DNA of 64,000 nucleotides, from positions 155,186,001 through 155,250,000 of the forward strand of contig OZ024741.1 of assembly GCA_964016885.1 (NCBI GenBank). The letters are read 5' to 3'. The notes beneath the pieces were generated by a model. It saw only the letters and a list, made by a program, of their open reading frames with translations, was not told the DNA's origin and made no database searches. A program made the translations under genes and the position numbers. Origin of the DNA: Eledone cirrhosa. Its lineage: Eukaryota. This document shows positions 1 through 12,674 of the stretch, in pieces; position 1 is the stretch's first letter; every line of letters begins with the position of its first letter.

Positions 1-600
1 TGAATGTTCACCTGATTGGTAGATGATCAGATGGCTGACTGGTTTTCTGAAGTTAGTGTTGTGATTGGTTGGTTCATTTGTATCACAAAATTTTAGGAGT
101 CTTATCCTTTTTTAATTTCTTGATCCATAACCATAGCCACCATGTTCTCTGGTGTAGTGATTCTTGTGCTGCCCAACATGTCCATTGAAGTTACAAACTA
201 TAATGATGAGGTCTCTGTCATCAGTAACTGAGGTTGTCTGTAAAAGTTCCTTATAGGAATGGTCCTTTTATCCTTTACTTATTCCTGCAATTGGTGCTTA
301 GGAAGAGATAAGTTATCATTCTACTGCCCATAACTATTCTGTGCTTAAAAACTGTGTCACTTACTCTAATTACCTCAATCAACTTATCTAGGCCTACTGC
401 ACATACTTCCTCATCATTTCCTACCCAGAAAAGCTTATATCTATATTGTTTGCCTGTAAGTATGTTTTGATGTGCCAGCCCTCCATCCCACCTCTTGAAC
501 ACATCATACATCTATTCATCTCTTCTCAAGCAGCTCTACAATTTCTCCAGATCTACCTTTCTCTATACCCACAGTGGTCCTTTTGTAGTAGTTCTCTGTA
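1..600 (-). mobile_element. Degenerate RTE-type LINE apurinic endonuclease fragment
   Basis: Minus-strand translation gives frameshifted APE-like text (YKLFWVGN; RLLKFCDTN..NTNFRKPVSHLIIYQSG). Confidence 0.65.
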
Positions 601-1529
601 CCTAGAAGATAAAACAGGTGAGTGATTGCTTCATAGCATTTGAGGGGTTCTTACATATACCTTAGTTAATCACCACATTACTGTGCACACCGCAAACATG
701 ATTAGTGTTAGCCTTGTATGCACAATTTGTGTGAATCTTAAATATTGTGTTTTTCATATTTATGGCAAGGTCTTCCTGGCAGTATGCCCTTCCTAATAGC
801 AGCCACATGGACTGGGTGTATTTTTTTGTGTCATCAGCATTAGAGAGGTTGTCTGAATAGACACAATGATTCTACATATTGTATTAGTTTTTATTCAGAG
901 TGACTGCTCTCCAAGACTAGGTGCCTTTACTATGGCTTATGGAAGCCACATCCGCTCTATGCAGTCTTATTTAATTCAGAGCAACTGCCCTCCTAAATGG
1001 GCTTCATCCCTGTAACTTATGGAACCTGCGTCTACTCCATGAAGTCATTAGTTTATGATTAGAAAAGACAAACACAGAGATTCAATTGCACAATTTTTTT
1101 TGTGTCTATAAAATACACACACACATGCAGACACATATATATGCTATGTACATGCTGCTTTGCTGGTGAATACCAAGCTACCAGCATAAATGTGACCTAA
1201 CCCCTGCCCATGTCCCCACCTTCCACTATCACCCTCTAGTAGCTATCCTCATTATCATTGCACACCCCTTCCTTTCCCTGCCACCTATGCTATTACTTCT
1301 TAGCTATTCCTCTCCCGCAAAAGTCCTTAGGTACCCCTGTGCATTCCACCTTGTGCATCTCACCCATGCCATCTACCACTCCTTACCTATTGCACCCTAG
1401 TAGCTACTTTCTCCATCACTACACTGCCTCCCAAAATACCAAACACCAGTGCCTCTCCCGTCGACCACCACATTAATGACCATGTTACTCACACTATCAC
1501 CGCTTAAGTATTCTAACCATCACTAGATA

Positions 1530-3266
1530 GAGGAAACTATAGAGGTATAAAGTTGATGGACCAGGTCATGAAAGTAACAGAAAGAGTTATAGCACAGCTG
1601 ATTAGGGACCGGGTGAATATAGACGAGATGCAATTTGGGTTTGTACCAGGGAAAGGCACCACTGATGCGCTCTTCCTTGTGAGGCAATTACAGGAAAAGT
1701 ACCTAGCTAAAAGTAAGCCACTCTACTTGGCATTTGTCGACCTTGAGAAAGCCTTTGACAGAGTTCCACGTGCAGTAATCTGGTGGGCTCTTAGAAAACT
1801 AGGAGTAGATGAATGGCTTGTGAAAGCGGTACAAGCCATGTATAGGGGAGCAGTCAGCAAAGTTAGGATTGGCAATGAGTATAGCGAGGAATTTAGCGTA
1901 CAGGTTGGGGTCCACCAGGGCTCTGTTCTTAGCCCTCTCCTGTTCATCATAGTCCTGCAGGCAATAACGGAGGAGTTTAAGACCGGATGCCCATGGGAAC
2001 TCCTGTATGCTGATGACCTCGCACTCATAGCTGAATCTATGGTAGAACTAGAGAATAAATTCCAAACCTGGAAGCAGGGACTAGAGAGAAAGGGCCTCAA
2101 AGTCAACATGACAAAGACTAAGGTCCTTATAAGTAGACGAGAAAACAGAACCCAGATCCCCTCAGGGAAATGGCCTTGCTCAGTATGTAGGAAAGGTGTA
2201 GGTAGGAACTCCATTCTTTGCCCCAAATGCAAACAATGGGTACACAAGAGATGTAGCGGGATCTCAGGAAGCTTAATTAAGAATGTAGGATTCACATGCA
2301 GCAGCTGTGCTGAAACAGCAAGCAAACAGCCACAGGAAACAAGTACCACCAATCTCTGGGAGGGCCCTGTAGAAACAGTAGACAGCTTCTGCTACCTAGG
2401 TGACCGAATTAGCAACGGAGGTGGGTGCTCAGAAAGTACAATAACTAGGGTAAGAACGGGATGGAAGAAGTTTAGGGAACTACTACCACTGCTAGCTGCA
2501 AAAGGCTTCTCCCTCAGAATGAAAGGCAGACTGTATGATGCGTGTATCCGAACAGCGATGTTGCATGGTAGTGAGACCTGGGCGCTGAAGGTGGAAGACT
2601 TACGTAGATTAGAGAGAAACGAAGCCTGCATGCTCCGATGGATGTGTAACAGTAATATACGTGAACGACAAAGCATAAATGAATTGAGAGAGAGACTGAG
2701 CATAAGAGGAATCAAATGCTGCGTGCAGGAGAGGCGGTTACGCTGGTATGGACATGTGATGCGTATGAAGGATGACAGCTGCATAAAAAGGTGCAGAGCA
2801 CTAGAAGTTGATGGAAACCGCGGAGTGAGGAGACCCAAGATGACTTGGGATGAGGTGATAAAAGCCGACCTTACCCAACTACACCTCTCAAAGTCAATGA
2901 CACACGACCGTGACTTCTGGCGTCACGCAGTAATACAGGGTACCCGACCTCCCATGGGTACATGCTGAAGCATATAAACAATATGCCCCCCCCCCCACCG
3001 CAAGGTGGTCGTGGAGGTGCCACGGCAAAAAAGCACCCAGCCCACACTGTAAAGTGGACGTGTAGGCGCCACGAAAAAGCACCCAGCACTCACTGTAAAT
3101 GAGGTTGGTGTTAGGAAGGGCATCCAGCTGTAGAAATCAAGCCAGATCAGTTCCTGTATGAGCAAGGCATGGTCAGCCGACCAGACACTGCCCACAACAG
3201 GACAACCCGTCTAACCCATGCTAGCGTGGAAGAACGGACGTAAAACGGTGATGATGATGATGATGA
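1530..3266 (+). mobile_element. 5'-truncated RTE-clade LINE; RT ORF 1553-2968 with embedded PHD-like finger; (GAT)n tail
   Basis: QFGF..GKGTTDA, FVDLEKAFD, GVHQGSVLSP, LYADD, RRLRWYGHV motifs; Cys/His cluster CSVC..CPKC..WVHKRC..CSSC; gatgatgatg end at ~3249-3266. Confidence 0.92.
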
Positions 3267-3429
3267 CTACCTCCTCTATGTTATCAGAGGTCACCCCTTT
3301 TTCACTACTCATCATCCAGTCAAATCACACCACACCATACATCCATAATGTTTTACTTATCTCTGTTCTCCCCTCCCCTCCACACACAGAACAAAGAGGA
3401 CTCTTCATTTGGGATAATAATTGATAACC

Positions 3430-4185
3430 TCTGTAATGTTGGTGTCATGAAAATGCACCCAGTACATCCTGTAAGGTGGTTAGCAATAGGAAGAGCACCC
3501 CACTGTAGAAACCATGCCAAAAGGGTTGAGAGGACCCTACAGTTGTATCAACAGTGTGACAACCTTTCTAGAGTTGTTGATCTACAAAATAAATACATCC
3601 AGTACATGCTGTAAAGTGTTTGGTAATTGGAAGGGTATCCAGCCATAAAAACCTTGCCAAACAAAGAGGTTTTTTTTTTGGAGGGCTTTTCAGTTGTGTC
3701 AAGGACATGGCAATCTCCCTAGTGTTGGTGGTCTACAAGATAAATGCCACACCCTGTACACAAAGGTATGGGAGGCCCCTTCAGTTGTGTCAAGTCATGA
3801 CAATTCCTCTAGTGCTGGTACTATCATAAAATGCACTTGGTAAAATGTCGGGCCATATGTGAGATGCAGACTCCTGGCTTGTTTGGAAGGTCAGTAGACT
3901 TGCTTCAGTACTAACTCAGTCTGTGAAGATCTGTCCAACTCTTGCTAATAGGGAAAGTAGGCATCAAATGATGATGGTGATGATATATATATACTTAAGG
4001 AAAGTAGAGTATATATATAAGTGTGTGTGTGTGTGTATATATATATGTATGTATGTATCATCATTCATCATTTCATTTTACGTCCGCTTTTTCCCTGCTT
4101 GCAAGGGTGGGACAGGAACTGATTCTGGCTTGATTTCTACAGCTGAATGCCCTTCCTAACACCAACCTCATTTACAGTGAGTGCT
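3430..4185. mobile_element. Decayed copies of the LINE/SINE 3' module (aaaagcacccag..ctgtaaagtggttgg..ggaagggcatccagc)
   Basis: Similar to 3020-3140; + copies near 3440-3520, 3590-3660 and tail ~3930-3980; - copy 4060-4185. Related decayed copies near 770-850, 9810-9980, 29180-29470. Confidence 0.55.
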
Positions 4186-4199
4186 GTATATATATATAT

Positions 4200-4866
4200 A
4201 TATATGGATGTATATATAATGTATTTTGCAATACACTTTATGCTTAATTAAAAGCATTTTGAAGACTGTAAGCTATTGTTTTAAAGTAGTGACAAATTCA
4301 CTTACTTTGATCTCAGCAAACAGGGGAGATAAGCCGACAAGTCTTGTTTCGCTTTGGTTGAAGCTTATCAAGGCCAACTACCCCTCCTGTCTACCGAGAT
4401 CATTGATGTTATATTCTTATAGAAATCTAGTAAATAATCAGGAGCTGATTATGCAGAGCGGTTGTTGGTCAGGCAGAAATTAAAAATTAGAATTGGAGCT
4501 CTGAAATAGCAATATATATATGGATGTATATATAATGTATTTTGCAATACACTTTATGCTTAATTAATGCCTGACCAACAACCGCTCTGCATAATCAGCT
4601 CCTGATTATTTACTAGATTTCTATAAGAATATAACATCAATGATCTCGGTAGACAGGAGGGGTAGTTGGCCTTGATAAGCTTCAACCAAAGCGAAACAAG
4701 ACTTGTCGGCTTATCTCCCCTGTTTGCTGAGATCAAAGTAAGTGAATTTGTCACTACTTTAAAACAATAGCTTACGGTCTTCAAAATGCTTTTAATTAAG
4801 CATAAAGTGTATTGCAAAATACATTATATATACATCCATATATATATTGCTATTTCATAGCTCCAA

Positions 4867-4873
<7 letters not shown>
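4200..4873. repeat. Fold-back of a circularly permuted 316-bp unit between (TA)n arrays (retrozyme/PLE pLTR-like)
   Basis: tggatgtatatataatg...ttaattaa occurs at 4205 and 4521 (period 316). 4568-4873 is the near-perfect reverse complement, starting at a different phase of the unit. Confidence 0.9.
4668..4711 (+). ncRNA. Type-I hammerhead ribozyme, U3-A8 variant (mirror copy on - strand 4332-4375)
   Basis: ggcc TTGATAA gctt-caacca-aagc GAAA caag-a-cttg TC ggct: stems I, II, III and GUC cleavage triplet. Confidence 0.8.
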
Positions 4874-4919
<46 letters not shown>

Positions 4920-4921
<2 letters not shown>

Positions 4922-7900
4922 TCATCATCAGGTCGAGCTTGCTCGGCTTTCTACGACACGTTTCCTCCATCCATCTCTGTCTCTCATAGCGTTTGCCAGT
5001 ACATCCAGTATCGTCCTCAAGTTGCTTGACGTATGTCTTCTTGGGACGAACAGCGTTTCTTTCTCCATGAGATGGACTCCATAACAACACATCACCTGCT
5101 ATTTCTTCATTGCTGCGCCAAATCTGAGTCTCTGTCCACGTATTGACCTGCTGATAGGTGGTATATTGCCATAGAGATCCTTATTTGTTGGGTGTTCCCT
5201 CCAAGACACGTTTAAAGCAGCGCGGAGCATACATGTGTATGCCCCGTCTAGCTTTTTCTCCAGTTTTGACGTTAGCGTCCAAGTGATAGAGCCATAAACA
5301 AGCACAGACTCCACAGCAGCTCTGAAGAAATTCCTTTTCAGTTTGGCCGGCAGGTTTGATTTCCATATCTTTTCCATTGCATTCAATGCTCCCCAGGCTT
5401 TTCCCAGTCTGATGTTAACATCATGTTCTGTGGAGGCGATATAGCTACCCAGGTATTTGAAGTCGTCAACTTGCTTGATTATATCGCTGTTTAGACTTCG
5501 CATACCAACTGAGGAGTCTTGGTTCAGGCAAATATATTCTGTTTTGCCTGCGTTGACATAGAGTCCGATTTCCTTTGCAACTGATTCGATGCTGTGAAGT
5601 AGTGATGTTGCATCCTTAAGGTAGTCAGCGAGGACCGCTAAATCATCCGCATAGTCAGCATCGGTGATTTTCTGAGCTGCATGGCGTCTACACTTTCGCT
5701 TTGTGAGAGTGAAACCAAGCTCTAAGTTTTCGTCCAGGGCTTTTCTCAATACATAGTCGAGGCAGATGATAAAAATATATGGTGCAAGAGTATCCCCTTG
5801 GAGTACTCCTGCAATGATGTCAAAGAAGTTGGTATCTCCATCAGGTGAGCGCACCATTGCGCGGGTGTTTTTATATAATATCTTGATGGCATATACTATT
5901 TCCCTTGGCAAGCCGTAGGCTAGAAGTATCTCTCTCATCCTCCCACGATGGATGGAATCGAATGCTTTTGAAAAGTCAATAAACAGGAGAGTTGCTGGGA
6001 GGTTTTTGGCTTTTACGCCTTCCAAGATACGCCGAATTGTAAGTATTTGCCCTGATGTTGATCTGTTGGTGCAGAAGCCATTTTGGTTTTTTCTCAGCAA
6101 GGGGTCAATGACAGGTCTTATTCTGTCAAACAGCATGAGATTGTATATCTTTGCGGCAATTGCCATTAGTGTTATGCCACGGTAGGTTTTAGCCATTCCA
6201 AGATCGCCTTTTTTGGGAAAAGGGAGTATACATCCCTCAGTCTATTTGTCTATGGGGTCTTGATTATAGACACCATTACACAACTCTAGTAGGATTTGGT
6301 GAAATTCAGGTACTTTCCACATTTCAGCTGGGATATCGTCGAGTCCGCACGCTTTTCCGTTACCAATACTCTTCACTGCCTTCTCTAGTTCCTCCATAGT
6401 GAAAGGACCTTTCTGTATTTGGTGTTCTGCTGTAAAAACGGGTATTATTTCTTCTTCGATGATCTGTGGTGCTTTGCCAAGTAGGTTCTGAAAATGTGTT
6501 GTTGCCACAGTTTTAAACGTTCGTCTTGGCTGGAGGCTTTCAGTGTGGCTCTGTCACTACTTTTTCTGCCACTAATTTCATTGAAAGTTTTCCAGGCTTC
6601 AGCAGACTTCTTATTGCTGACAGTACTCGAGATATGATTGATCTTTCTCTGCATGTATTCGGCTTGCTCAATTTCATACTCACTTTTCAGTGCTGTACAA
6701 GCAGCACTGAAGTTGCTAATGTTTTCTGGAGATCGTTGAGTGTCTTTCAATTCTGCAGCTTTTCGCAACTCTTTGCGCTTTTGGCGTATCCTCTCTGTTT
6801 CCCAGGGTTTTCGTTTTTTAACCTTGGGGTTTAAAGGGGTGGTGTCGGCTGCTGCCTCGTTGAATGTCATTTGAAAGTGGTTAAATGTAGAATTTGACGA
6901 TTTTGCTGGCGCAGAGTCTTGTAGAGCAGCAAATCGGTTGCTCAGTTGGGTTACAAAGGTTTTGTAAGTCTCAGGATTGGTATTCAGAACTGCCCAGTTC
7001 TAAGGAGTAGCATTTGCAGATTTCTCTCTATCCACTCGGAGACCTAATCGTATCTTGGCCGAGACAATGCGATGATCCGAGTCAACACTAACAAACGAGT
7101 CATATGCTCTGCAGTTTTTTGCGCTGTTCTTCCATTTTCGATTGATTATGATATAATCCAGTTGTGTCTTGTCGCCATTTGGAGATTTGTGTGTCCACCG
7201 CTGGCCTGGTCTTTTTTGGAATATGGCGTTGAGACATCGTAAATTGTTCTCACACAAGTAATCTTTTAGCATACAACCGTTTCTATTGGTTTGTGAGTGG
7301 TATAAGAATTTGAATCCATCAAGCTGTCCAAGACACGCGTTGAAGTCTCCGCCAATGATGAGAACATTATGTTTCGGGATTTGTCTAGTGAGTGATGTTA
7401 GTTCCATGTAAAACCTCTCTACTTCGGCCATGTCACATACATTTGTTGGACTATAGCAAGAGATTACAGTGGTTTTAGGATTCCCGTTAAACGTAGCTAT
7501 CATTATCCATGATGTTATCATTTCAACACTCGCAAGTGCATCATAGGCTCGTGGGCTGAAAAGCATTCCAAATCCACCATTTGCTGCATTCATGTTGTTT
7601 TTCCAAGCTGAGCAGGTTATCAGCCTCCAATTGCCAAATATTTGCTCCTTTGTTACAAGCTCTTCATGTATGAGCCGGTGCTCCCGAAGACAGATAACAT
7701 CATGGTGGGTCGCCCCTGCTGAAGCAATCAGTTCAGGGATTTTATGGTCTTTCTGGAGTGTTTGAACATTGAGTGTACCAGCAAAGATGTCTTTCTTTCC
7801 GTGTACAAGTCGGGTTGGTTGTTTTCTCTGTGTATGTCAGGCCCCTCTCGAGTGCTACTGGTAACATGTAACCTAGTACAACCTGTCGCATGGTCGGGTC

Positions 7901-8030
7901 GTCGGTGACTAAACCGGCAACCCCATCAAGTTTACTTGGTGAGGAGGGTGATTTTGGATATCCTGCAGGACAAAAACAAAACCTGACAAAGGGCGGAAGA
8001 ACTCATAAGAGTCAACGACCTTCCTAAAAT
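4920..8030 (-). mobile_element. Near full-length RTE-clade LINE (APE + RT, frameshifted)
   Basis: ORFs 7000-7593 (SCYSPTN, GGDFNA, QLDYII, SDHR), 6445-6870, 6242-6508, 5099-6196 (FIDFSKAFD, GVLQGDTLAP, YADD); (GAT)n tail at 4920-4930. Confidence 0.93.
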
Positions 8031-8048
8031 TGTGTAAATGTGTATATA

Positions 8049-8162
<114 letters not shown>

Positions 8163-8610
8163 TCGGTACCCTTGGTCGGCAATCTGTCTAGGAGAGGGAC
8201 CACTCTGATTTCAAAGCCGGGGCGGACAGAGCTCTTTGGCCTTGATAGGCAATCTATCAAACCAATACTGACTGGGTCAAACGACGACATTGGTAAGCAG
8301 GATGTCGTATCAGTAGATAAGGCAATGATCAAGTAACTGTGAATTTGGTTCATACTACTAGTGGCAAGGCGATCATATCAACTATTGTCGGATGTTTCGG
8401 TGAGGCACAACCGCTCTAATACAGAGTACTGCTTTCACTTGTATGGAGTAGCGACCACAACTGTATATCCAGCTATTGAAAGCTAAATATGACACAAATC
8501 CTTCGATGTTCATCCCGCAGCGCTCGTCGCGCGGTTAAACAAGGAGCGCGTCCTGCAACGGATTCCCAGATTGCAGTCGAAAAATCAGATACTGGGAAAC
8601 ATACACGGAG

Positions 8611-8612
<2 letters not shown>
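8163..8612 (+). mobile_element. 5' end of a second RTE-type LINE, head-to-head with the 4920-8030 element
   Basis: ggcaatctgtctaggagagggaccactctgatttc resembles the 5' module of the 23010-26380 LINE (ctaggagaaggaaaactctgat); short ATG ORF at 8489 cut by microsatellite. Confidence 0.55.
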
Positions 8613-8686
<74 letters not shown>

Positions 8687-8723
8687 TGTATGTATGTATG
8701 TATGTATGTATGTATGTATGTGT

Positions 8724-8772
<49 letters not shown>

Positions 8773-9065
8773 CTCCTATACTCTGCTTTCCCCAAGTAAG
8801 AATTACTAAGCAAAATAATGATCGTATTCGCATGGAATAACAGACGTAAAATGATGCTGATGATGATATATACCTATCTATATATTTTATACTTCTGGAA
8901 GGTAATGCTGCCAATAAAAACATGCACCAGTTGAATTTCTCTTTGTTTTTAATTATTTGTCAGGTAACTAATTCATTCATGAGTTGGTATAGTAACTGGA
9001 TAGTTATTTAATTGTCAAAGCTTTTTGTCACACAATCTGCAACCTTCTCAATGACTATTTTGATA

Positions 9066-9258
9066 ATAATTGTTTCTACTTTTGGCACAAGGTTAGCAAT
9101 TCACCAGTACATTACTGGTACTTTATTTTATCGACCCCCGTAAGGATGAAAGGCAAAGTTGACTTCGGCGGGATTTGAACTCAGAATGGAAAGGGCCGTA
9201 ATTCTATGCGTCAAAGCATGACGTCCGACCCTCTACCGATACTGCTAATCCACCGCAC
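9066..9258 (-). mobile_element. tRNA-derived SINE (family 1)
   Basis: Reverse complement of ggattagcagtatcggtagag..ctgagttcaaatcccgccga..gcctttcatccttacggggtcgataaaataaagtaccag..gaaacaatt (A/B-box head). A more decayed + copy lies at ~10030-10170. Confidence 0.85.
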
Positions 9259-10169
9259 TATTTTGATAATAATGATTAGATTATTGTGTACAGTGCTCAG
9301 GTGGACTACAACTCGTGAAAAGTGCATGTATAGTACTTAGAATAATGTACAAATGTCAGGAAAGTGAACAGTGTATGAGTCATGATATACATGTGTGCAG
9401 TGTTGGCGAATTTCAGGAAGCATGAAGGTTTTAAAGGATGGTCCGTTGTTTCTTTTCTTTCTATTGATTTTGTTCTAGTTACTCCATCTTGTCTTTCTGT
9501 GACAAGATGGAGTAACTAGGATAAAATAGAGAGGATTTTGTTGTTCTAGAAATACATGTTTATATTTGGCAGCCATTACAAAGTCATTTTCAAGTGTAGT
9601 TTATTAATTACTGTCTAAGCTATTCAGGATTTTCTATCACCAACCACTATATAGAGTGTACTGGGCATGTTTTATTGTGGCATCAGATCTTGAGAGGTTG
9701 CTAACCAGTGTTTGAAGGGTCCTCTTATCCCTTTTTTTGGCAAGGTTTCCTTAGCAGACAAAAAAGGGTAGAGAGAACCCTTTGGTCATGTTGAGAGCAT
9801 GACACCATCTCAAGTGTTAGTGCCACAATAAATCACACCTAGTTCACTCTATAAAGTCGCTGGCAACAAAACGAAGACTATATATAACACAGAGGACTCT
9901 TTAGTCTTACCAAGTATGTGATCATTTTTCTAGTGCTGGTGCCATGATAAAATGCAGCCAGTATGCTTTGTAAAATTATTAGTAATCAAACGGAGACAAA
10001 ACAGTTCTAGGCACTAAATTGTCAGAAGAGCTAGAACATAAAATAGAATGCTATATGGTACTCATTTCAGCTCTCTATGCTCAGTGTTTAAATCCCTTAG
10101 AGGTCAACTTTGTCTTTCATCTTCTTGGGATCAGTAAATAAAGTACCAATCCAGTACTGGAGGTCGATT

Positions 10170-10978
10170 CTTCTCTTAGAAAGGTGTTGTGAAAACAACT
10201 GGGGGCCTTTCACTCCCAGGTGAGGAAAAAAAAAGTACTATTCGGATAGCTGTCAACTCTGCTGAGTTCCTCCGCCCTTTGCCGGGTCTTGTATTTTGTC
10301 CCGCAGCGTGTCCAAATATCATGATATTTGGATATATATATATACATACTTTATGGCTGAAAACTCTGCTAAGAGTATTGCAATCACTTGTAACATATCC
10401 TGAACAAGCAATTCCTGTGCTTTGAAGGTTTTTTTAAGTGGAGAAAAGCCTTGCACTCAACCAATCCCACTCTCTGAGCATCAAAAACACTACCTGAAAA
10501 GGTGAACTTGTCAACATCATTGGATGCTTCCGAAGCCGCAGGTTTTTTTTTCAGAGTTTCCTTCTCTTAGAAAGGTGATGTGACAACAACTGGGGGCCTT
10601 TCACTCCAGGTGAAAAAAACAAAAAAACAAATTCCTATTTGGATGGCCATTAACTCTGCTGAGTCCCTCCACCCTTTGCCGGGTCTTGTATTTCATCCAG
10701 CAGGGTGTCCAAATACATACATACATGATGGCTGACCCCCCCCCCCCCCCGGGATTGAGTATGGCCATTGTACGATTAAAAAAAAATGAACAAAAAAAAA
10801 AACAAGCAAACAAAAATACATTAATAATTAATGGTGCTGCGATTGAATGTGGCTTTTTAACCGAGCCAATGATCTAAAATGTCTTGCACAGAGTTGGCAA
10901 CCACGATAAAAATTTTTACTGGCTGTAGTTGGTCTTCATGTACTTTTGCATGTCGTTTGAGCCCTCCTGCTGATCTAC
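10170..10978 (-). mobile_element. Rearranged fragments (5' region twice, and 3' end) of the RTE family at 23010-26535
   Basis: 10340-10712 aligns by eye with 26100-26470; 10170-10320 repeats 10560-10712; 10740-10975 matches 23010-23050 and 23390-23535 (SAGGLKRHAKVH). Confidence 0.75.
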
Positions 10979-11006
10979 ATACATAGATACATACATTTAC
11001 ATATAT

Positions 11007-11089
<83 letters not shown>

Positions 11090-11314
11090 GCATATATATA
11101 TAAATATATATTCAGCGAGAATCGTATTTCGGCTGGTAGAAAAAGCGAAACAAAACGCAAAATCGCTGACAAGCGCTCCAATAGTTAAGAAAAACTAGAG
11201 CTAAACAATATGTTAAAAGGCCATACAAACTGAAAAGTGGTGAAGAAAGCATTAACCACCTAAGCCAAAAAAAATAAGTCAAGCTAAACAGATATATATA
11301 TATATATATATATC

Positions 11315-11978
11315 AGTTGACAATAAATGTAAGCTGTGCAAAATAAAGACAAAAGATGTTAGCCACATTATTGCCAACTGTGAAAGAATGACTCTGCATT
11401 ACAATCTTCCCATGAAGCATATGGTGGCAGCTAAAAAATTCACTATGGAAGATGAAAATACAAATAAAGAGGAATATGTTGAGACTGATGGCTTAAAGGA
11501 ATATTCGGGAAACTTAATGATTATAACTGCCACCAAATTAAAAAAACAACCAGCCTGATATCGTTATTTGGAAAAACAGACTAAAACCATTCTCTGTTGT
11601 AAAAGCCAGCTGCTCACTTGATGTAAATGTAGTAAAAAAATACAAGAGGAGGATATCTATGGACCATTAATGAGGAATTTGCAGATCCAGTATACAAGAC
11701 ACATGTTCAGTTTCATACCTATTATTATTGAAGCTACAAGATATATACCAGCCTGCTTGGACCAATGTATGACCGAACCTGGATTTGTGAAGCAAGAATA
11801 CTCCTTCATTCATATGCTATAAATGTCCATGATATCTGGAACCTTTAAAATCTGTAAAACATTTTTATGATTCAAAGCATGAACGAATGCGCAGGGGACA
11901 ATGAAAATTTCCTTTTTTTTTTTACAACCTTGCCAATGGGAAGATGACTGGTCAAAAGTAAACTCAATTAGAAGAGAC
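11315..11978 (+). mobile_element. R4/Dong-type LINE 3' fragment (CCHC + restriction-like endonuclease), degenerate
   Basis: VDNKCKLCK..DVSHIIANCERM and QPDIVIW motifs; homologous to 40470-41130 in opposite orientation; ends at (CA)n. Confidence 0.8.
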
Positions 11979-12025
<47 letters not shown>

Positions 12026-12309
12026 ACACATGCACACACAAACAAACAAACAAACACACATACACACTCATATACATATTTAAAACAGTTGGCGTGTGTT
12101 TTCAAAAGTAACAAATTCTCAATATCTTCAGTTCTAATCTCCAAAACTGATGGAAGAAAGAAGAAGAAGAAGAAGAAGATAGAGATAGAGATAGATATTC
12201 TTAGAACCATTTCCTTCTTTCACAGGTTTTTCATTCCATTAGTTTTTTTCTTCCTTATGTTTTTCCTTAATAGATCAATTGTCTTGTACCAACTTCCTCC
12301 CCCAACCTG

Positions 12310-12622
12310 CTGCTCCATTCCACCACCCTGCCACTCCATTCCACCACCCTGCCACTCCATTCCACCACCCTGCCACTCCATTCCACCACCCTGCCACTCC
12401 ATTCCACCACCCTGCCACTCCATTCCACCACCCTGCCACTCCATTCCACCACCCTGCCACTCCATTCCACCACCCTGCCACTCCATTCCACCACCCTGCC
12501 ACTCCATTCCACCACCCTGCCACTCCATTCCACCACCCTGCCACTCCATTCCACCACCCTGCCACTCCATTCCACCACCCTGCCACTCCATTCCCCCACC
12601 CTTCCACTCCATTCCCCCCCCA
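12310..12622. repeat. 21-bp minisatellite (ctccattccaccaccctgcca) x ~15
   Basis: Direct inspection; homogeneous units. Confidence 0.95.
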
Positions 12623-12674
12623 CCATGCAGCAGAAGCTTCAGAAAATATTCTTTTCATTACCCAGAATTCCAGT

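Noticed and set aside
4226-4817. Two near-identical 85-aa ORFs on opposite strands
   Set aside because: By-product of the inverted repeat; non-ATG starts, no domain.
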